A stretch of 64,000 nucleotides of DNA, taken from positions 53,194-117,193 of the forward strand of contig JAHBUO010000003.1 in NCBI GenBank assembly GCA_019638025.1, given 5' to 3'. The position numbers and the translations under genes were made by a program. Below the pieces are notes generated by a model. The model had not been told where the DNA came from. It searched no databases and saw nothing but the letters and a program-made list of their open reading frames with translations. The stretch's first letter is position 1, and each line of letters starts with the position of its first letter. Positions 40,455-50,290 of the stretch are shown here, piece by piece. Source of the stretch: Ignavibacteriaceae bacterium (GTDB taxonomy: Bacteria; Bacteroidota; Ignavibacteria; Ignavibacteriales; Ignavibacteriaceae).

Positions 40455-42097
40455 TATACCTCAAATAATTTAATCGGTAACTTCCCTTTAAAATTAATTT
40501 CCCCTTTTAATCCTTTTACTACACTTCTCTGAGTCATTTTAGAATCGCCAAAAGCTGATATATAATTTCCATCTATTTTGATTTTATTAATTATGTATGG
40601 GTCACCAAAACTGATAAATATTTTTTGCTGATTAAGTTTTTCAATCTCAGAAATTAATTTCAATTGAACTTCAGTAAGAAGAACATCTCCTTGATAAGCT
40701 CTTATTCTAAAGAAGAGTGGAACAATGATTAAATCCGACTTTGAAATTTCTCTAATAATTGTCGCTATCTTATTTTCATTAAGTTCAGGATTTATAAATC
40801 GTGAATAATATATTGAGTATTCACCATACATCAGAGTAGTGAAGTGAGCTTCAACTTCTGTTTCCAAGACATCTGTAAAAGTGAGAATTGATATTTTTTT
40901 CTCTTTAGAAATAGGCAGATCTATATTCTTATCGATAGCAACAGTTATGGCTTCATCCGAGATTTTCTGAGAAAGAGCAAGTTTTTGGGGAGCCGAAATA
41001 GTTTTTCTTATGTTATCTAAATCAATTACTCTGTTTTCAAATAGACCAAGAAACATCTTAGCATAAAGAATTTTCTTCACTGAAAAATTAATTCGTTCTT
41101 CGGTAATAGTGCCGCATTTAACTTCATCAATAATTGATTTTATTGCTATTTCAGTATCCGGAGATAATATCAAAATATCAACTCCCGCTTGGATAGCGTG
41201 TTTTGCCCCTTCAGCAACTGAGTAGTTATTTGTAGCTCCATACATATTTAAAGCATCACTTATAATTAAACCATTGAAATCTAATTCCTTAATTAATAAG
41301 TCTGTAACAATTCGTTTAGAGAAAGTTGCGGGGATAATTTTATTATTTTCTAAAGAAGGGACTGCCAAATGCCCAATCATGACACTTCTGATTCCACCAT
41401 TAATCAAATTTATGAATGGAAACATTTCCTCTTCCATCAATTCAACTTTCGAGCAATTGATAACTGGTAATTCCCTATGAGAGTCTACATTAGTTCTGCC
41501 GTGTCCGGGAAAGTGTTTTGCTGTTGCTATGAATTTATAATTTTGTAAACCTCTTGCATAAGCTTGCGCAAAATTTGAGACAACCTCTCGATTATCACTA
41601 AATCCTCTAATATTTACAATTGGATTTTGTGAATCAGTGTTTATATCTGCAACCGGAGCAAAGTTATTATGTATTCCCAAACAAAGTGATTCTTCGGCAA
41701 TTGCTTCTCCCATTTTTTCAGCTAAGTCAAGATTTTGTGAAGCAGCCACCGCCATAGCATATGGGAAAGAAGTTGATTCATCAACACGCATCGCAGTACC
41801 ACGCTCAAAATCAGCTGAAAATATTAATGGTAGATTTGATAATCTTTGGAGTTCATTCCCAAGAATTGCATAATCATAAACCGTCCCTCGAAAGAATACA
41901 AAACCACCAACTTTCCACTTAGTGCATAACTCTACAACCCTTCGATAATCGATACTCTCTTTATTTCTAAAAACCGGAAGAGCAAATGGAAAAAACATTT
42001 GTCCAACTTTTTCTTCAATAGTAAGTTGGTTTAAAACTTTTTCAACTTCACTTTTTTGTTGAATTGAAACAGGAAAAAGTTCATCAAATGTGGGCAA
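40454..42097 (-). CDS. nagZ: GH3 beta-N-acetylhexosaminidase (NagZ-like), apparently cytoplasmic
   Basis: GH3 N-terminal domain motifs EEKVGQMF, NFAPVADI, KHFPGHG and the nucleophile region IISDALNM. No signal peptide. Confidence 0.85.
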   Translation of the reverse strand: MPTFDELFPVSIQQKSEVEKVLNQLTIEEKVGQMFFPFALPVFRNKESIDYRRVVELCTKWKVGGFVFFRGTVYDYAILGNELQRLSNLPLIFSADFERGTAMRVDESTSFPYAMAVAASQNLDLAEKMGEAIAEESLCLGIHNNFAPVADINTDSQNPIVNIRGFSDNREVVSNFAQAYARGLQNYKFIATAKHFPGHGRTNVDSHRELPVINCSKVELMEEEMFPFINLINGGIRSVMIGHLAVPSLENNKIIPATFSKRIVTDLLIKELDFNGLIISDALNMYGATNNYSVAEGAKHAIQAGVDILILSPDTEIAIKSIIDEVKCGTITEERINFSVKKILYAKMFLGLFENRVIDLDNIRKTISAPQKLALSQKISDEAITVAIDKNIDLPISKEKKISILTFTDVLETEVEAHFTTLMYGEYSIYYSRFINPELNENKIATIIREISKSDLIIVPLFFRIRAYQGDVLLTEVQLKLISEIEKLNQQKIFISFGDPYIINKIKIDGNYISAFGDSKMTQRSVVKGLKGEINFKGKLPIKLFEV

Positions 42098-42112
42098 CTA
42101 AATTCATCCTTC

Positions 42113-45019
42113 TTAATTTATAGCTTTGATTATTGCATCGTGAAGTAACGGTCTAAACTTAATATGTTTAGTATTATTCCGAGTTGGATATACTCGATTA
42201 GTGAGAAGAATTACAAATAGATTTTTATCGGGGTCAATCCAGATAGAAGTACCGGTAAAACCTGTATGTCCGTAAGAATTGCTTGAGAAATATTGCCCGG
42301 AGGAAGAAGGTGAATCATCTGATTTTGTATCCCACCCTAAAGCTCTTGAACTCTGTGATGAAAATCGTTTAGTAAATAGCTCAACTGTTTCTTTTTTAAT
42401 TAATTGATTACCCTGATAAAAACCTTTTTGCAAAAGCATTTGAGCTAGGAATGATAAATCTTTTGCAGTTGAAAAAAGACCTGCATGCCCCGCAACTCCG
42501 TTCAGTAAAGCTGAATTCTCATCGTGTACAGTTCCATGCACAAGTTTGTGTCTCCAATAATTATCAAGTTCAGTAGGTGCTATTTTCTTGTAATCTAAAG
42601 AAGGTGGATTAAATCTAGTGTTCACCATTCTAAGTGGTAGAAATATTTCATCTCTACAAAACTCGTCAAAAGATTTATTTGTGACCTTTTCAATAATTTT
42701 TGCGAGAGTGATGAAACCAAAATCTGAATATACAGTCTTGGTGCCTGTCGGGTATTCTAACTTTTCATCAAAGATTGCATTAATAACTTGTTCTGAGCTT
42801 GAATATTGTTTGTAAAAAGTTTTATATGCCGCAAATCCACTGTTATGCAAAAGTAAATTTTGAATAGTAATCTTGTCTTTTCCATTTTTGCCGAATTTTG
42901 GTAAATAATCTACGACTTTATCTTCAAGTTTTAATAAACCTTTATCAATGCATAACATTACGGCTGTTGTTGTCGCTATTACTTTTGTAAGTGAAGCCAA
43001 ATCATATATCGTTGAGGCGTTCACTTCTTGCGAAGATAGATTATATGTAAGATGCCCAAATCCTTTCTCGTAAATTATTTTTCCATCTTTTCCGATAAGC
43101 AATACACCTCCGGGGAAAATGGAGTCTTTAACTCCTCCTTTCATTAATTTATCAACATTTTCAAACTTGATGGGATTAATGTCAGTATTAGATGCAATCT
43201 CATCTTTCAAAGATGATTGAATAATTTCAATTCCGGAACCGATTCTATGCTTTGTGTTGGGAATTGATATGGGAAGCTTTCCTTGAATAGAAATTTCGCC
43301 AAAGATAGCTTCAGCAAAAGCTTTCTCAAGAACTTCGCTGCTTCCATAATTACATAAGTATGTTTTAGCGGTTGGAAATCCGGATAAGACATAAGGATTC
43401 CCATGTGCCAAGAAAACTATCTTTTTGTTTGTCTTCAGCAAGTCTTTTACAAATTGAGTTTGGTCTTTACTAAGCCCAATACTTCCCTTTCCATCTCTTA
43501 CTCGAGTGTAAGCGGAAATAAGTACAACATCACTTTTCTGAACATCTGATATAACCTCACGATAATCTTTCCTTTTTGCTTTAAGTGGAAGAGTAACTGT
43601 ACTTAGATTTGTAATTCTCTGTTTAAGCATATTATGAAAGTTATCAGCAACAGCATCTCGGTTATTATCCAAAAGAGCAATGTGAATATATCTAGACTTC
43701 AGATTTGGGCTTATCGGAATTAACTTTTGTTCGTTTCGAACCAAGGTAATCGCTTTTTGAGCCAGAGACCTTGATAGTTCCAGATGCTCTTGGATTCCAA
43801 CTCTTAGAGGAATTTTATCAACATCAACATATCGATTTTTATCCAGACCTGTCCATCTTTTTGCTAATAAAATTTTCCGGACTGAATGTTCTATTCTTGA
43901 TTCGGAAATTTGTCCTGATCTCACTGCGAAAAGAACTCCATTGTAGGCTTCCTCTTCATCTTTCGGGAAAAGCAGTATATCATTACCGGCTTCAACAGCT
44001 TTAATGGCTGCATCAGCCGAAGAATAGTAATTAGTTATTGCACTCATATTTAAGGCATCAGTAACAACTAAACCTTTATAATTAAGACTATTTTTCAATA
44101 AACCATTAATTATGTTTTTCGATAGCGTTGCAGGCAAATTATTGACGGTATCAATTGCCGGAATTGCTAAGTGTCCAATCATTATAGACATTAATCCATT
44201 ACTGATGTTTGATTTGAAGGGATATAAATCAATATTCTGCAAAGTCGCATTAGTTGAATTAATTATTGCGATATCGGAGTGAGAATCGGTTTCAGTATTG
44301 CCATGCCCTGGAAAATGTTTTGATGTAGCCAGCATATTCCATCTGTGCATTCCCCGAATTAATGAATTACTAAGTGAGCTCACTAATTCTTTATTCTCAC
44401 TGTAAGCTCTAACATTGACTATGGGATTATTAGGATTTGTATTAATATCAACAACCGGAGCAAAGTTCATGTTAACACCAATTGCTCTGCTTTCCTTACC
44501 GATTATTTCTCCGACTTTATAGACAAGGTTTGTATCTCTAACAGCACCCAAAGCCATATTTGTTGGAAAGAGGGTTGAATTCCTCGCTCTTTGAGCCACT
44601 CCATTTTCAAAATCTGAAGAAATTAAAAGTGGGTTTTGGGATAATCTTTGAAGTTTATTTGTCAGTATTGCTTGTTCATAAACTTCACCGCTGAAGAAAA
44701 TAAATCCACCTACTTTAAATTCCGTCACTAATCGTTCTAATCTTTTGAATGCATTATCATCTTCACTATAATAACGTCCGTATGCATACGGAAAAATCAT
44801 CTGTCCTACTTTTTCTTCTAAGGTCATCTGAGAAAGAATATTTTCTACCCATTCATCGTCAGTAATATTGAATAATGATGCATCACGGATTTTGTAAATT
44901 GGGTCTGACCTGTAAAGATTAGTGATTGAATCATCGTATAAATCCGAATCAGAGGTGCTTCCTACCAAAACAAAAACGATAATCAGTGATAATACAATTT
45001 TTAAAAACTTATTTAACAT
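42113..45019 (-). CDS. Fusion protein: GH3 beta-N-acetylhexosaminidase domain plus a class C beta-lactamase/serine-hydrolase (PBP-like) domain
   Basis: N-terminal anchor/signal. The GH3 half has EEKVGQMIFP, NFAPVVDI, KHFPGHG and VVTDALNM. The C-terminal ~370 aa has the SxxK motif (DLASLTKV), a YSD (YxN-like) motif and a HTGFTG (KTG-like) box. Confidence 0.88.
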   Translation of the reverse strand: MLNKFLKIVLSLIIVFVLVGSTSDSDLYDDSITNLYRSDPIYKIRDASLFNITDDEWVENILSQMTLEEKVGQMIFPYAYGRYYSEDDNAFKRLERLVTEFKVGGFIFFSGEVYEQAILTNKLQRLSQNPLLISSDFENGVAQRARNSTLFPTNMALGAVRDTNLVYKVGEIIGKESRAIGVNMNFAPVVDINTNPNNPIVNVRAYSENKELVSSLSNSLIRGMHRWNMLATSKHFPGHGNTETDSHSDIAIINSTNATLQNIDLYPFKSNISNGLMSIMIGHLAIPAIDTVNNLPATLSKNIINGLLKNSLNYKGLVVTDALNMSAITNYYSSADAAIKAVEAGNDILLFPKDEEEAYNGVLFAVRSGQISESRIEHSVRKILLAKRWTGLDKNRYVDVDKIPLRVGIQEHLELSRSLAQKAITLVRNEQKLIPISPNLKSRYIHIALLDNNRDAVADNFHNMLKQRITNLSTVTLPLKAKRKDYREVISDVQKSDVVLISAYTRVRDGKGSIGLSKDQTQFVKDLLKTNKKIVFLAHGNPYVLSGFPTAKTYLCNYGSSEVLEKAFAEAIFGEISIQGKLPISIPNTKHRIGSGIEIIQSSLKDEIASNTDINPIKFENVDKLMKGGVKDSIFPGGVLLIGKDGKIIYEKGFGHLTYNLSSQEVNASTIYDLASLTKVIATTTAVMLCIDKGLLKLEDKVVDYLPKFGKNGKDKITIQNLLLHNSGFAAYKTFYKQYSSSEQVINAIFDEKLEYPTGTKTVYSDFGFITLAKIIEKVTNKSFDEFCRDEIFLPLRMVNTRFNPPSLDYKKIAPTELDNYWRHKLVHGTVHDENSALLNGVAGHAGLFSTAKDLSFLAQMLLQKGFYQGNQLIKKETVELFTKRFSSQSSRALGWDTKSDDSPSSSGQYFSSNSYGHTGFTGTSIWIDPDKNLFVILLTNRVYPTRNNTKHIKFRPLLHDAIIKAIN

Positions 45020-45021
45020 AT

Positions 45022-46878
45022 TTAATCTGACTTCTTACCAAATTCTGAATCTAAAGGGATTAATTTGGTTACAATGAATGCAGGAATTGTTGCGAGACAA
45101 ACCCAAACAAAAAAGTGTTGGTAGCCTATTAATTCTTGTAACCAACCACTAAACATTCCGGGGAGCATCATTCCAAGAGCCATAAATCCGGTTGCTATTG
45201 CATAATGTGCCGTTTTATGTTCTCCATCGGATATGTATATCATATATAACATATAAGCTGTAAATCCAAGTCCATACCCAAATTGTTCTACTGCAACACA
45301 AAGATTTATAATGAAAAAATTATTTGGCAGTGCGTATGAAAGATAAACATAGACTAAATCAGGTAGATTTATCGCGAGTACAAATACCCAAATCCATTTT
45401 TTTAATCCATCACGAGCAGCTAAAAATCCACCTAATATTCCGCCAAGAGTCAGCGAAATAATTCCAACAGTTCCGTATACAAAGCCAACTTGACCTGTTG
45501 TTAATCCTAATCCTCCTACCTCAAGTGAATCAAGCAGAAATGGAGAGGCTAATTTAACAAGTTGTGCTTCAGCGAATCGGTAAAGAAGTAAAAATCCTAA
45601 AATATAACCGATTTTCTTCTTCTTAAAGAAAAGAGCAAAGGTCCTAAAGAATTCTTTAAAAATTCCGGATGAGTTTGAGCTTACAACAGGTACATCATCT
45701 TTTGAATAAGGAAGAATAATTTTATGATAAACAAAAAAGAGAACGAATAATATTCCTAGCACTGAAAATGTAACAATCCATGCTAACGGAATATTGCCCG
45801 ACCGAGCATGAAATACTGCGAAAGTATTAGTTTTAAGTTTTGGATCAAGTTGAATTATTGCTATAGCTACTTTGTCCCAATTCTTCTCATTAAAGACCAA
45901 TCTGGCACCTTCAACCAAAGAGATACTGTTATCTCCCGTCTCCCGACCAAAATTAACCACTACACTCTCTTCAGGCTTTTGTGAAAGTTTAAAGTAAACC
46001 ATCCCAATATTTCCTGTTAAATCTGACGTAGATTTTTCAGGTAATTCGGGACCAAAACTTTCTTTTAAGAACTTTTCGAGGGGCGCAATTAGAGTTTCAC
46101 TGAACCATGAGGGAGATTCACTTTTTGCCTCTGTAACTTTTTGAGTCTCCTCGAAATAAAAATGATTTTCTGTATTCCACTTCTTTGCAAATTGTAGAAT
46201 TGAATCAACCGAATTTTTTTCGATTAGAGATGTAGAGAGTTCAACTTTTTGAGGGAAGGAAACCACCTCGAGTGAAAGTTTATCATCAAACCGAATTGAG
46301 TCCGGATGATAAAACACTGTATTGGAATATTTTGGATTTACGCTTACCTCAATCTCTTTTGGAGCTAATCCACTATTACTTTCGATATATCCGGCAAGAA
46401 TTACTAAAATTCCCTGGCCGGTAATCATCGCCAATCGATAAAATGTACTTCTTATTCCAACAAACCATGCTTGGTCATGTTTAGAAAGACCAATCATGTA
46501 AAAACCATCAGCGGCAATATCATGAGTGGCAGAACTAAAGGCAAGCAACCAAAAAAATGCGAGTGTATATTGGAAAAAATTATCTACGGGAATTGTAAAA
46601 GCAACTCCGGCTAATCCGGCACCAATTATCAATTGCATAGTTACTATCCAAAACCTTTTTGTTTTGAATAAATCAACTACCGGACTCCATAATGGTTTAA
46701 TTACCCAAGGAAGATATAACCAACTTGTATAAAGTGCTATGTCCGTATTTGAAATCCCTAATCTCTTATACATAATAACTGAGACAGTCATAACAACTAT
46801 ATACGGAATACCTTCAGCAAAGTATAAGGATGGAATCCATGCCCAGGGGTTACGTTTATTGGGTTTTTCGTTACTCAT
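45022..46878 (-). CDS. ampG: AmpG-family muropeptide MFS permease with a ~195-aa hydrophilic insertion
   Basis: N-terminus typical of AmpG homologs (PWAWIPSLYFAEGIPY, LPWVIKPLWSP.VD, SATHDIA.DG). Hydrophobic helices flank a long soluble stretch at about residues 167-362. Confidence 0.85.
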   Translation of the reverse strand: MSNEKPNKRNPWAWIPSLYFAEGIPYIVVMTVSVIMYKRLGISNTDIALYTSWLYLPWVIKPLWSPVVDLFKTKRFWIVTMQLIIGAGLAGVAFTIPVDNFFQYTLAFFWLLAFSSATHDIAADGFYMIGLSKHDQAWFVGIRSTFYRLAMITGQGILVILAGYIESNSGLAPKEIEVSVNPKYSNTVFYHPDSIRFDDKLSLEVVSFPQKVELSTSLIEKNSVDSILQFAKKWNTENHFYFEETQKVTEAKSESPSWFSETLIAPLEKFLKESFGPELPEKSTSDLTGNIGMVYFKLSQKPEESVVVNFGRETGDNSISLVEGARLVFNEKNWDKVAIAIIQLDPKLKTNTFAVFHARSGNIPLAWIVTFSVLGILFVLFFVYHKIILPYSKDDVPVVSSNSSGIFKEFFRTFALFFKKKKIGYILGFLLLYRFAEAQLVKLASPFLLDSLEVGGLGLTTGQVGFVYGTVGIISLTLGGILGGFLAARDGLKKWIWVFVLAINLPDLVYVYLSYALPNNFFIINLCVAVEQFGYGLGFTAYMLYMIYISDGEHKTAHYAIATGFMALGMMLPGMFSGWLQELIGYQHFFVWVCLATIPAFIVTKLIPLDSEFGKKSD

Positions 46879-46894
46879 ATTTTCTCCGTAAACT

Positions 46895-47818
46895 TTATAA
46901 TTCTATCTTCTTCAATGCCATTAGAATTGCTCCGTATGCCGGAGAAAAATCTTTCTCTTTAATGATTACATCATCAAATTCAATTACAGTTTTTTCTATA
47001 AACTTTTGCGATAAAATATTTTCTGAACTTAATATTCCACCGATTAAGGATAAATAAAATGGTCTATCGGAAATTTTATTCTTCATAGCTTTAATGTGAA
47101 GAACTAATTCCGAACTTTCCTCTTCAACAATTGATACTGATACAGGGTCTCCTTTTGAAGCAGCTTCCAATACTACAGGAGCAAATGAAGCTATATCAAA
47201 ATTGTTTTTATAAATTTCGGTGATTAATAAATCTGTTGATTCGATATTGCATCTTTCGTTCAATAACTGCTTTAATAAAGTTTCTCGACCACGTCCATCA
47301 AAACACTTTGATGCAGCCACTAGTCCTTTTTTGCCGATTGAATAACCGCTTCCCTCATCACCAATAAATCTTCCGAATCCACCAACTCGGTAAACATTAT
47401 CACTTGAATCTTTACCAAACATTATTGAACCCGTACCGGCAATTAATATACTCCCTGCCTTACCCGAAAATGCACCTTCTAAAGCAATTCTCGCATCGGA
47501 TTCTACGAAAAATTTAACGTTTTTAACTTCTTTGTTTTGCAAGTAAGAATTGAAATCATTTTCTAATCTTTCCGCATCTGTTCGTCTACCGGCACCGGTA
47601 GTTCCTAATAAAATTGTTGAAAGATCATTTATAGAAGTGTTTGCTTCAGTCAAGGTTTGAAGGATTAAATTATATATTGTATCAGAGACAACCTGAGTCC
47701 CGAGCATTAGAAAGTTTGAAGGTCCTCCAAATGACTCTAAAATCACTTTTCCGGTTTCATCTGCTAAAATTGCGTGTGTCTTTGTACCCCCACCGTCTAT
47801 ACCAATTACATATTGCAT
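46895..47818 (-). CDS. BadF/BadG/BcrA/BcrD-type ATPase; N-acetylglucosamine (or MurNAc/GlcNAc) kinase
   Basis: ASKHA-fold start VIGIDGGGTKTH and a second phosphate loop LIAGTGS. The size (307 aa) and its position upstream of ampG fit this call. Confidence 0.8.
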   Translation of the reverse strand: MQYVIGIDGGGTKTHAILADETGKVILESFGGPSNFLMLGTQVVSDTIYNLILQTLTEANTSINDLSTILLGTTGAGRRTDAERLENDFNSYLQNKEVKNVKFFVESDARIALEGAFSGKAGSILIAGTGSIMFGKDSSDNVYRVGGFGRFIGDEGSGYSIGKKGLVAASKCFDGRGRETLLKQLLNERCNIESTDLLITEIYKNNFDIASFAPVVLEAASKGDPVSVSIVEEESSELVLHIKAMKNKISDRPFYLSLIGGILSSENILSQKFIEKTVIEFDDVIIKEKDFSPAYGAILMALKKIEL

Positions 47819-47901
47819 TTTTCACCCTTAATATGTGTTATTAATGATTACTTAAAAATAAATAAAAAGTGAAGAAGAAAAAATCGATTAGTAAATGAAT
47901 C

Positions 47902-48069
47902 TCAGCAATAAGCTATAAAAAAAATAAGTACAAAAAGAGAAATCACGAGCAGAAATATTTGAAATATTTCTTTCCCTTTTGCTTTCTCAAAAATTGATTT
48001 ATCTCTATGGATATCTTTTTGATAATCCCCTTTTTCAACTGACCATTTAGTCTTCTTTTTGCTATTCAT
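47902..48069 (-). CDS. Possible 55-aa tail-anchored membrane peptide (hypothetical)
   Basis: Own translation: MNSKKKTKWSVEKGDYQKDIHRDKSIFEKAKGKEIFQIFLLVISLFVLIFFIAYC*. It is the only open frame in an otherwise empty 388-nt gap. There is no homology evidence. Confidence 0.3.
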   Translation of the reverse strand: MNSKKKTKWSVEKGDYQKDIHRDKSIFEKAKGKEIFQIFLLVISLFVLIFFIAYC

Positions 48070-48206
48070 AATTTTGTCTAAATATTTTATTGTACAAGTT
48101 AGCTATAAATATTCAAACATCGAATGTTTACAATCACACAAAAATATTTGAAGTGATTTTTTACGATATTATCTTTCGCAATAAAGAAAGATAATTTAGG
48201 TAATAG

Positions 48207-49670
48207 ATGACAGCATCTGAAGAGTTTTTTGTATCGTACAGAAAAAATATTTTAGGAATTGAGCAAGAGTTTGATTCTCCATTTGGAAAAAAGAAGATTA
48301 TTTATGCCGACTGGATTGCAAGTGGAAGACTCTACACTCCAATAGAAAAAAAGATGACTGAATTATTCGGTCCTTTTGTTGGGAATACTCATTCTGAAGC
48401 CAGTATTACCGGCGTTACAATGACCCACTCATATCTTTCAGCTCGAGAAATAATTAAAGAACATGTTAATGCCAATAAAGACGATATAATTATTACAGCC
48501 GGCTCCGGAATGACCGGTGTTGTGAATAAATTGCAAAGAATATTAGGACTTCGAATTCCCGAGCAATTAAAGGATTTTACTAATCTTCCTAAGGAATTAA
48601 AACCAGTTGTATTTATAACTCACATGGAACATCACTCTAATCAAACGTCATGGTTAGAAACAATTGCTGATGTTATAATCCTTGAACCTGATGAATTGGG
48701 TCTTGTGAATCCCGAATCTCTTAAAAAAGAATTAGAAAAGTTTTCTGATAGAAAATTAAAAATTGGTGCTTTTACATCGTGTTCAAATGTAACAGGGATT
48801 AGGACCCCCTACCATCAACTTGCAAAAATTATGCATCAAAATAATGGATATTGTTTTATCGATTTTGCTTGTTCAGCACCCTATGACCCAATAAATATGC
48901 ACCCATCAGATGAACTTGAAAAATTGGATGCAATCTTTTTTTCTCCTCATAAATTCTTAGGTGGACCGGGAACACCCGGTGTTTTAATATTTGATTCCAA
49001 ATTATATCATAACAAAATTCCTGATAACCCCGGTGGAGGAACAGTTGATTGGACTAACCCATGGGGACAACATAAATTCGTAAACAGTATCGAAGCACGT
49101 GAAGATGGTGGAACACCTCCTTTTCTTCAAACAATAAAAGCCGCACTTGCAATTAAACTTAAAGAAGAAATGACTTCCGAAAAAATTGTTAAACGAGAAG
49201 AAGAATTAGTTAAAATTGTTTTTGATGAACTTGAACAAATTAGTTCTTTGCACATTTTAGCCGCACACATAAAACATAGAATAGGAGCAATTTCATTCTA
49301 TGTTGACAATATTCATTATAATTTACTAGTAAAAATTCTTAATGATAGATATGGTATACAAGTAAGAGGGGGTTGTTCTTGTGCAGGAACTTATGGGCAT
49401 TATTTACTTCATGTTGACCAAAATTATTCAAATAAAATAACAGAAAAAATTAGTCATGGTGACCTTTCAGAAAAACCGGGATGGGTGCGACTTTCGCTAC
49501 ATCCAACTATGAGCAACGATGAAGTATATTTTATCACTTCAGCCATTAAAGAGACAATTTTGAATATTGATGTTTGGAATAAGGATTACAATTATGATAT
49601 TCACACAAACGAATTTTTCCACAAAAGTCAATCTGCTAATGATTTTGATTTTATTAAGAAATGGTTCTAA
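48207..49670 (+). CDS. Class V-fold PLP-dependent enzyme (cysteine desulfurase/selenocysteine lyase-like)
   Basis: Fold-type I pattern with the PLP-lysine motif FFSPHKFLGGPGTPGVL and ITHMEHHSN upstream. Confidence 0.8.
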   Translation: MTASEEFFVSYRKNILGIEQEFDSPFGKKKIIYADWIASGRLYTPIEKKMTELFGPFVGNTHSEASITGVTMTHSYLSAREIIKEHVNANKDDIIITAGSGMTGVVNKLQRILGLRIPEQLKDFTNLPKELKPVVFITHMEHHSNQTSWLETIADVIILEPDELGLVNPESLKKELEKFSDRKLKIGAFTSCSNVTGIRTPYHQLAKIMHQNNGYCFIDFACSAPYDPINMHPSDELEKLDAIFFSPHKFLGGPGTPGVLIFDSKLYHNKIPDNPGGGTVDWTNPWGQHKFVNSIEAREDGGTPPFLQTIKAALAIKLKEEMTSEKIVKREEELVKIVFDELEQISSLHILAAHIKHRIGAISFYVDNIHYNLLVKILNDRYGIQVRGGCSCAGTYGHYLLHVDQNYSNKITEKISHGDLSEKPGWVRLSLHPTMSNDEVYFITSAIKETILNIDVWNKDYNYDIHTNEFFHKSQSANDFDFIKKWF

Positions 49671-49750
49671 GATTAATTTCCCTTATTTGGATTTTAATCT
49701 CTGTTAATTAAGTTTGCAAATTATTTACAATAAAAGAAAAGACTAAAAAA

Positions 49751-50248
49751 ATGGCATCCAATCACTCATTTGATATAGTTTCAGAAATCGATTTTCAAGA
49801 GGTCGATAATGCAGTTAATCAAACAATAAAAGAAGTTTCTCAACGTTATGATTTGAAAGACTCTCACACCACAATTGAACTTAACAAAAAAGAAAAGTTC
49901 ATTCTTATAAATACTAAAGATGATTACTCAAACAAACAAAGTATTGATATACTTCAGTCTAAATGCATTAAAAGAAGTATTGCAATTAAAGCTTTAAAAA
50001 TTGAGGAACCGGAACCCGCCAGCAATGGACGGCTACGTCAAAAGATTAATTTACAAAGCGGGATTTCAAAGGAGAACGGGAAAATTCTTACTAAAATGAT
50101 TAAAGACTCCAAATTAAAAGTAAATGCTCAAATTCAAGATGAACAAGTCAGAGTTACTGCCCCAAAAATTGATGACCTTCAAGCAGTTCAGAAATTGATA
50201 AAAGAAGCTAATCTTGATTTTGCGGTTCAGTATGTAAATTATAAGTAA
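49751..50248 (+). CDS. yajQ: YajQ-family nucleotide (c-di-GMP)-binding protein (UPF0234)
   Basis: 165 aa with the characteristic start SFDIVSEIDFQEVDNAVNQ..KE...RYDLK. Confidence 0.88.
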   Translation: MASNHSFDIVSEIDFQEVDNAVNQTIKEVSQRYDLKDSHTTIELNKKEKFILINTKDDYSNKQSIDILQSKCIKRSIAIKALKIEEPEPASNGRLRQKINLQSGISKENGKILTKMIKDSKLKVNAQIQDEQVRVTAPKIDDLQAVQKLIKEANLDFAVQYVNYK

Positions 50249-50256
50249 ATTCGAGT

Positions 50257-50290
50257 AAGGTTGTCTGATTTTTTTAGACAACCTTTTATC
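50257..50290. terminator. Hairpin terminator between convergent yajQ and the dnaE remnant
   Basis: 10-bp stem AAGGTTGTCT/AGACAACCTT with a T-rich loop, followed by TTTTAT. It overlaps the stop codon of the minus-strand ORF. Confidence 0.7.
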
